NCBI GenBank assembly: GCA_963851265.1
Contig: CAWKNZ010000001.1
Span: forward strand, 96,001-160,000
Length of the DNA: 64,000 nt
Reading direction: 5' to 3'
DNA from: an uncultured Gemmatimonadales bacterium
GTDB lineage: Bacteria; Gemmatimonadota; Gemmatimonadetes; Gemmatimonadales; Gemmatimonadaceae
Part shown: positions 56,523 to 64,000 of the stretch, one piece after another
Position numbering within the stretch: position 1 is the stretch's first letter
Layout: every line of letters starts with the position of its first letter
The notes under the pieces: model-generated
The model's database searches: none
What the model saw: only the letters and a program-made list of their open reading frames with translations
Told to the model about the DNA's origin: nothing
Program-made: the position numbers and the translations under genes

Positions 56523-58691
56523 GTGTCCACGACCGACCTCGCTCTCCTCACGCCCGACCAGATCCTTGCCGACGTCGATGCCGCGTTCCTGCGTGGCGCG
56601 ACGACCGAGGCGCTGGCCCTGTGCCGGGAGGGTGCACGCCGCCTGCGGAGCGCGGCCTCGCCGGGCGTGTTCGCCGGCCAGCTGGCGCGCTGCGAGGCGC
56701 GGGCCGCCCTGCTCGACGGCAATGCGGACGCGGCGCTCGACACCCTGGGTGCGGCGCTCGCCATCGCGGAGTGCTCGGGCGACGCGGACGGCGCGGCGCG
56801 CACGCTCAACAACATCGCGATCGTCCACCTGCAGCGTGGCGACCTGGATGTGGCCGAGCGGTTCTACGCGGCCGCGCGCACGCGCGCCCGCGCTGCCGCC
56901 GCGCTCGACATCGTCGCGCACGCGACGCTCAACCTCGGCATCGTGGCCAACGTGCGGGGCGACCTGCGGCGCGCGCGCGCCCACTACCGCCGCGCGCTGG
57001 TGGACCTGCGCGCGCTCGGCCAGGCGACCTACGTCGTACGCACCCTGAACAATCTCGGGCTCCTCTACGCCGACCAGGGCCAGTGGGACGACGCCGAGCG
57101 GTCGTATGCCGAGGCACTCGGCGTCTGCGTCCACGCGGGCGACCTCGAGGCGGCGGCCCGGCTGCACGGCAACCTCGCCGAGGTCTGGGCAGCGCGCGGC
57201 GACCTCGCACGCGCGGAGGCGGCGTGCGGCGAGGGCATGGCCGTCTGCGACCGCACGGCCCACGGCGCGGCCCGGGGCGAGCTGCACCGCACGAGCGGTG
57301 TCGTCGCGCGCGAGGCCGGCCGCTACGCCGAGGCCGACGCCCACCTCGCCGCGGCCGAGCGGTTCGGGCGTGAACGCGAGGACCTGCTCCTTCAGGCCGA
57401 GACGGCCCGCGAGCAGGCCGACCTCTTCCGTCGCCAGTCGCGCAACCGCGACACGTTCCAGGCGCTCAACCGCGCCCACCGCCTGTTCGAGCAGCTGCGC
57501 GCGCGGCGTGCGCTGGCCGACATCGGGCGGCGCATGGGGCGGCTCGAGGACGAGTTCGTCGACGTGGCGCGGCGCTGGGGCGAATCGATCGAAGCCAAGG
57601 ACCGCTACACCCAGGGTCACTGCCAGCGCGTGGCCGACCTCGCGTGCCTGATCGCCGAGCATGCCGGACCCGCGCACGGCTTCGACCCGCAGGCGCTGTT
57701 CTGGTTCCGCATCGGCGCGCTGTTGCACGACGTGGGCAAGCTCGACATCCCCGCCGAGGTCCTCAACAAGCCCGGGAAGCTCAGCGACGCGGAGTTCGCG
57801 CAGATGCGCGGGCACGCGGAGGCCGGCGTCGCGTTGCTGGCCGACATCGAGTTTCCGTGGGACGTGCGGCCGATCGTGCTCTCGCACCACGAGCGGTGGG
57901 ACGGTCGGGGGTACCCACACCGGCTGGCCGGCGACGCGATCCCGCTCACCGCACGCATCCTCGGCGTGGCCGACGTGTACGACGCGCTCACCTCGGTGCG
58001 CAGCTACAAGCGCGCGATGTCGCACGACGAGGCGACGACGATCCTCCGCAATGATGCGGGGACCGCGTTCGACCCGCAGGTCGTCGCCTGGTTCGAGGCC
58101 ATCGCGCCCGTGTGGGCCGCGCGCACTGCGGGCGAGCACGCGGAGCGCACGGCCAACGCGGCCGAGCCGGCGGACGTCCGAGCGCAACGCCGGATGCTCG
58201 GACTCGACGAGGCGACCGGTCTGCCGGGTCGTCAGGCGTTCTTCGTCGAGTGCGCCCGCGTCCTGGCCGCCCGCGCCCACGACGGCCGCCCGACGGCGCT
58301 CCTGCTGGTGACGCTGAACGCGGCAACGACCGCGCTGCGCCCCGAGTCCGACGGCGTGGCCGCGGTCGTCGCCGAGGCGCTCAGTCGCCACACCCGGGGC
58401 GGCGACTTCGTGGGCCGCTACGCCGCGGGCGAGTTCGTCGTGCTGCTCGCCGACGTGTCGGCCGACGAGGCGCACGAGACGGCGGCGCGCCTGGCCGAGG
58501 TGGCGGGCGACGCGCTGGCCGATGCGGGCGAGGACGCGCGCGCGTCGGTCCACGTCGCCGTCGGTATTGCCCCGACCGGCAGCAGTGCGCCCGAGGCGCT
58601 TCTGGCGGCGGCCGACGCGGCCCGCCGCCGGGGGACACCGGACGGGACCGCCACCACCTCGCCGCGGCACGCGCTCGTGGCGGCCGCGTAA
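56523..58691 (+). CDS. TPR + HD-GYP phosphodiesterase + degenerate GGDEF protein
   Basis: TPRs (LNNIAIV, LNLGIV, LNNLGLLY), EAKDRYTQGHCQRV, LLHDVGK, HHERWDGRGYP, VADVYDALTS.RSYK, RGGDFVGRYAAGEF. Confidence 0.9.
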   Translation: MSTTDLALLTPDQILADVDAAFLRGATTEALALCREGARRLRSAASPGVFAGQLARCEARAALLDGNADAALDTLGAALAIAECSGDADGAARTLNNIAIVHLQRGDLDVAERFYAAARTRARAAAALDIVAHATLNLGIVANVRGDLRRARAHYRRALVDLRALGQATYVVRTLNNLGLLYADQGQWDDAERSYAEALGVCVHAGDLEAAARLHGNLAEVWAARGDLARAEAACGEGMAVCDRTAHGAARGELHRTSGVVAREAGRYAEADAHLAAAERFGREREDLLLQAETAREQADLFRRQSRNRDTFQALNRAHRLFEQLRARRALADIGRRMGRLEDEFVDVARRWGESIEAKDRYTQGHCQRVADLACLIAEHAGPAHGFDPQALFWFRIGALLHDVGKLDIPAEVLNKPGKLSDAEFAQMRGHAEAGVALLADIEFPWDVRPIVLSHHERWDGRGYPHRLAGDAIPLTARILGVADVYDALTSVRSYKRAMSHDEATTILRNDAGTAFDPQVVAWFEAIAPVWAARTAGEHAERTANAAEPADVRAQRRMLGLDEATGLPGRQAFFVECARVLAARAHDGRPTALLLVTLNAATTALRPESDGVAAVVAEALSRHTRGGDFVGRYAAGEFVVLLADVSADEAHETAARLAEVAGDALADAGEDARASVHVAVGIAPTGSSAPEALLAAADAARRRGTPDGTATTSPRHALVAAA

Positions 58692-58725
58692 TCGCCGCGT
58701 CGGCGCACCTCCAGAACGCGCGAAA

Positions 58726-58757
58726 CCGGCGCCCGGGGCAGCTGCCCCGGGCGCCGG
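58726..58757. terminator. perfect 32-bp palindrome between convergent genes
   Basis: CCGGCGCCCGGGGCAGCTGCCCCGGGCGCCGG; followed by TTT on the minus strand. Confidence 0.65.
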
Positions 58758-58787
58758 CTCGTACAGGACCGCTCGTATCGGACTCGG

Positions 58788-59495
58788 TCAGTGACGCGAC
58801 CAGGCGACGAGGTATCCCGAGAAGTGCGGGACCGCCCAAGTCATGGTCGCACCGCCCACGTTGACCCCGCTGGGCATGAATTCGTTCACGAGCGCATCAC
58901 CGGTCGTGAAGTTGACCTGGCTCTCGTTGGCGAAGTAGCTGCCCGACGAGCTCTGGTAGTAGCCGGCCGGCAGGTTATAGCTCTTCCAGTTCGTGTGCCC
59001 GAGCTGCTGGACCGCGGTGAGCGGCTTCAGGAACTTCACGCCGTGCGGCTGGAAGTCGTACGCGACGACGTTCCCGGCGTATGCCGTGATCGTGAACGTC
59101 ATGCCCGTGTCGCCGGGAATCGCTCCGTTGGGCACCTGGAGCTGAAGGTCGGTGCCGGGCACCGTGATCCCGCCGCCGCCGCGCGAGAGGTACTTGGTCA
59201 CGACGACCGTCTGCGTGAGCGGCGCCGTGCGCAGCAGCCCCTGCACCTGCGTCAGCGTCGTGCTGCTGGTCGACGTGCCCTCGGACGTGCTCGTGGACGT
59301 GCTCGTGGACGTGCTGCTCGAGTAGTTGGGGCTCTGCGACGTCGCGCGCGCGGCGGCGGTCGCCTGGGCGGCGGCCGAGGGGCTGGTCGGGCTGTCGGCG
59401 CAGGCGGCGAGGGCCGCGGTGACGACGGCGGTGCCGAGGGCGATCGCCGGGGTGGCCGTGCGCAGGGCGCGGCGGAACGTGGAGAATTCGGTCAT
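58788..59495 (-). CDS. hypothetical lipoprotein (S/T linker, beta-rich ZU5-like domain)
   Basis: Lipobox LAAC, STSTS linker, GGGITV...VPNGAI, YDFQPHG, HFSGY. Confidence 0.75.
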   Translation of the reverse strand: MTEFSTFRRALRTATPAIALGTAVVTAALAACADSPTSPSAAAQATAAARATSQSPNYSSSTSTSTSTSTSEGTSTSSTTLTQVQGLLRTAPLTQTVVVTKYLSRGGGGITVPGTDLQLQVPNGAIPGDTGMTFTITAYAGNVVAYDFQPHGVKFLKPLTAVQQLGHTNWKSYNLPAGYYQSSSGSYFANESQVNFTTGDALVNEFMPSGVNVGGATMTWAVPHFSGYLVAWSRH

Positions 59496-59757
59496 TGCTC
59501 AGACATCCGTTGAGGTAGAGGACGTCGACGTTGGGGCGCTGCCAGGCGCCCGGTCGACGCGGGCGATGTGGCGCGGGCGCGGCAGCGGCGAGCGACTGTT
59601 GCGGCGTGGCGACATGTGCGTCTTTGCTGTGAGAGCGGGGTGCGCGAGGCACGGACGCCAGGGGGGCGGCGGCCTCGCGCTCCGGTATCGGCAGGCACGC
59701 GTGCGGACTTGAGTCCTGTCGGCGTGGGCGCGCCGCTGGCCGGGTTAGCTTCCGGGC

Positions 59758-61814
<2,057 letters not shown>

Positions 61815-61818
61815 CGGA

Positions 61819-61849
61819 CGGACACGCCGGCGGCGTGCTGGCGTGTCCG
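61819..61849 (+). terminator. hairpin downstream of the ABC-F gene
   Basis: CGGACACGCCGGC-GGCGT-GCTGGCGTGTCCG; no U-tract. Confidence 0.45.
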
Positions 61850-62009
61850 GAGCCGCGGGTGAAGCATCGCGGCGACCGCCGCGCGCTCGGCCTGCTGCGC
61901 AACGCGTTCGGCCGCGAGCTGCTGCACCCGCGGGGGTGAGGCCCGCGCGGCCGCCGAGCGCCTAACGTCATGGCGCCCGGCGGCCCGGCGTGCGGCGCTT
62001 TACCGCGCC

Positions 62010-62900
62010 TTACGGCGCCTTGTTGCTCGGCCGGATGGTCTGGAACTCGTAGGAGAGGACGCTCTTGAGCGTGAGCTTGTCGCTCCCCGGGGTGAGCCCC
62101 TTCACGAGGCCGAGGTTCCAGTCGAGCCCGGGGATGAACCGGACGTCCACCGTCGGGACGATCGCGTGCCGCTGGTCGCGGACGGAGAGCAACTGGCCTA
62201 ACGGCCCGACCTGGTTGTAGTACTCGACCCCGGGCTGGAGCAGGTGGTAGCGCCGCCAGTAGATCCCCCCGGCGAAGCCGCCCGAGAACCGGCTCCCGGC
62301 GTTCTCGGTGCCGACCATCTCGCTGCCGCCCCCGTGCTCGCCCGACGACCCGCCGCCGGAGGACGCGCGCTGCTCGTTGCTGAACGTGCGCCCGACGATC
62401 GGGTTGAGCACGAGGCGGAAGTCGTTCAGGTCGCGCTGCAGGATGAGCCGCGCCTCGAGTTCCTGCGCCGCCTCGTACTTGGCGCGCGGCACCGAGTACT
62501 CCAGGTACACCGCCGGGTCGAGGAAGCGCTGGTAGCGGCTCCCGAAGCGGTAGCGCCCCTCGATGCGTGCGGCCGTGTAGCGCAGCGGCAGTCCGGGCGC
62601 GCTCTCGAAGTCGGTGTAGCCGGCGAGCGTGAACCGGTCGGTCATCCCGTACTCGAGTTCGGCGCTGTGTGCGGTGACGCCCTGCTCGCTGACGGTCCGG
62701 CCGAAGTGGCTGTAGTCGAGCGTGCTGCGCGCCACCCACGAATCCCACAGTGCGGGCTCCGCCCACCCCTGCATGGGCGTGTCCCACTGGTACACGCGGT
62801 AGCGCTGGGCCGACGCGGGTGCGGCGGCGGCGCCCATGAGGCACGCCGTCGTTAGGCATGCGGCCGTGAGGCGCGCGGCGGTCGAGGTGCGTGCGATCAT
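62010..62900 (-). CDS. putative outer-membrane beta-barrel protein
   Basis: Signal peptide, alternating aromatic beta-strands (ELEYGMTDRFTLAGY, PAVYLEY, ELEARLILQ), near-terminal LSYEF; ATGA-coupled to the P19-like gene. Confidence 0.6.
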   Translation of the reverse strand: MIARTSTAARLTAACLTTACLMGAAAAPASAQRYRVYQWDTPMQGWAEPALWDSWVARSTLDYSHFGRTVSEQGVTAHSAELEYGMTDRFTLAGYTDFESAPGLPLRYTAARIEGRYRFGSRYQRFLDPAVYLEYSVPRAKYEAAQELEARLILQRDLNDFRLVLNPIVGRTFSNEQRASSGGGSSGEHGGGSEMVGTENAGSRFSGGFAGGIYWRRYHLLQPGVEYYNQVGPLGQLLSVRDQRHAIVPTVDVRFIPGLDWNLGLVKGLTPGSDKLTLKSVLSYEFQTIRPSNKAP

Positions 62901-64000
62901 TTCTGCCCCGTCACGATCTTCAGGTGGTCGATGGTGGCGTCTACCGGCCCCGCGAACAGCCGCTCGGCCCCGGGGCCGTATCGGCGGTAGGGCGGCGGGT
63001 CGGCGTGGATGCGGACGCTGTACGCGCCGCTGTGCGCGACGCGGAAGTTCATCCCGTAGTGGTGGATCCAGGAATGCCACATGAACGGCGGTTCGTAGGT
63101 GCCCACGGTGCGCCCCGCGGCGTCGAGCACCGTGCCGCGCACGTGCAACCCCGGCATGAAGCGGCCGGTGAGCGAGTCGCGCACGCCGATCTCGAGGTGC
63201 GCGTTGCGCGCGGCGCTCTCGTCCGCCTCGATCGTGTAGCGCAGGTTGACCCCCTCGCGGTTGGTCCCGTGGGGCACCCAGTACCCTTCCGACCGCTCGA
63301 ACGCGATGTACGGCAGGTACTCGCCCGCGCGTACCGAGCCGCCGCTCACGGCCACGTTGTTGGCCATCTCGTTGAGCGACCGGGCGAGCGCCGCCCCCTC
63401 GTTGGCCGCGAGCGTAAGGCGCGCCGTGTCCGAGGCCGGCGACGCGGCCGCCTGCGCCGCGCGCGCGAGCGCCGCCGGCCGCACGGTCACGTTCGTGAAC
63501 TCGGCGGTCACGCTGTCCGCGAAGCGGTCGCCGTTGCTGGGGTCGTGCCGCCAGTAGGTCGGCGGGGCGATCTCGACGCGCACCGTGACGGCGCCCGGGT
63601 CGCCGCCGCCCGCACTGCCCGCGCCGAGCCCCGGCCAGCGCAGGTTGTCGCCGTAGCGGTTGAGGAGCGGGTACCAGCCGAACGCGAGCGCGCGCGCGTC
63701 GAGCGTGCGGCCGCTCGCGTCGAGGAGCGTCGCGCGCACGGCGAGGCCCGGGACCACGCGGCCGTCGGCGGCGTCGCGCACGACGACGCCGAGGTGGACC
63801 TCGCCCGGCGCGGGGTCGTGCCGCACGAGGCGGCCGCCGGCGTCGGGCTCGGCGTACGGGAGCGCCGGGGTGACGGTGTAGGCGACGCGGTACTCGCCCG
63901 CCGCCATCTCGGCGCTCGCCACGGCCTCGTGCGCGCGCACCCACTCGAGTTCCTGGCGCACGGCGTTGCCCTGGTCGCGCGCGCGCTCCAGCTCCTCGGC
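62897..64000 (-). CDS. P19/FetP/Tp34-type periplasmic iron-transport protein with two tandem domains; 5' end outside the window
   Basis: Two repeats: HLGVVVRD..DGRVVPGL.V...NRYGDN...PPTYWRHD and HLEIGVRD..TGRFMPGL.V...FMWH..HHYGMNF...PPPYRRY. Confidence 0.7.
   Translation of the reverse strand, partial: AEELERARDQGNAVRQELEWVRAHEAVASAEMAAGEYRVAYTVTPALPYAEPDAGGRLVRHDPAPGEVHLGVVVRDAADGRVVPGLAVRATLLDASGRTLDARALAFGWYPLLNRYGDNLRWPGLGAGSAGGGDPGAVTVRVEIAPPTYWRHDPSNGDRFADSVTAEFTNVTVRPAALARAAQAAASPASDTARLTLAANEGAALARSLNEMANNVAVSGGSVRAGEYLPYIAFERSEGYWVPHGTNREGVNLRYTIEADESAARNAHLEIGVRDSLTGRFMPGLHVRGTVLDAAGRTVGTYEPPFMWHSWIHHYGMNFRVAHSGAYSVRIHADPPPYRRYGPGAERLFAGPVDATIDHLKIVTGQK

Noticed and set aside
59590..59640. 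c-di-GMP-I riboswitch-like GCAAA...ACGC upstream of the lipoprotein gene
   Set aside because: It lacks the GNRA-capped P2 stem and the second hairpin; the match is too loose.

Overview
A 64-kb, very GC-rich (about 75% by eye) chromosomal-looking bacterial segment. The gene repertoire suggests Gemmatimonadota; that assignment is inference. It contains about 58 CDS. I found no rRNA, tRNA, CRISPR array, integrase or transposase. Main blocks: (i) argR, a RepA-like gene and a ctpA-type protease; (ii) a riboswitch-controlled corrinoid uptake and salvage locus at 8.3-23.5 kb (btuF-C-D-B, a beta-propeller lipoprotein, cbiB, cobD, cobA/O, two histidine phosphatases, cobS, and divergent cobQ-cobU); (iii) housekeeping and signalling genes (pepN, PAS hybrid kinase, GT9, a HAD-deaminase fusion, an orphan OmpR regulator); (iv) a candidate membrane-lipid head-group cluster at 43.2-53.8 kb (HAD, nucleotidyltransferase, ITPK1-like ATP-grasp, class-III aminotransferase, CDP-alcohol phosphotransferase, Gfo/Idh/MocA dehydrogenase, flippase-like protein, ceramide-synthase-like GNAT) that could make an amino-cyclitol phospho(sphingo)lipid; (v) an ArsB/ArsC-like pair, a TPR-HD-GYP-degenerate GGDEF protein, a frameshifted ABC-F gene and a tandem P19-type iron protein. 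The most striking non-gene signal is the non-palindromic octamer GCCTAACG/CGTTAGGC. I counted 30 copies by eye, on both strands and in several reading frames, and none in a 15-kb stretch at 33.4-48.8 kb. All family calls come from motif recognition without database searches, and many start codons are best guesses.
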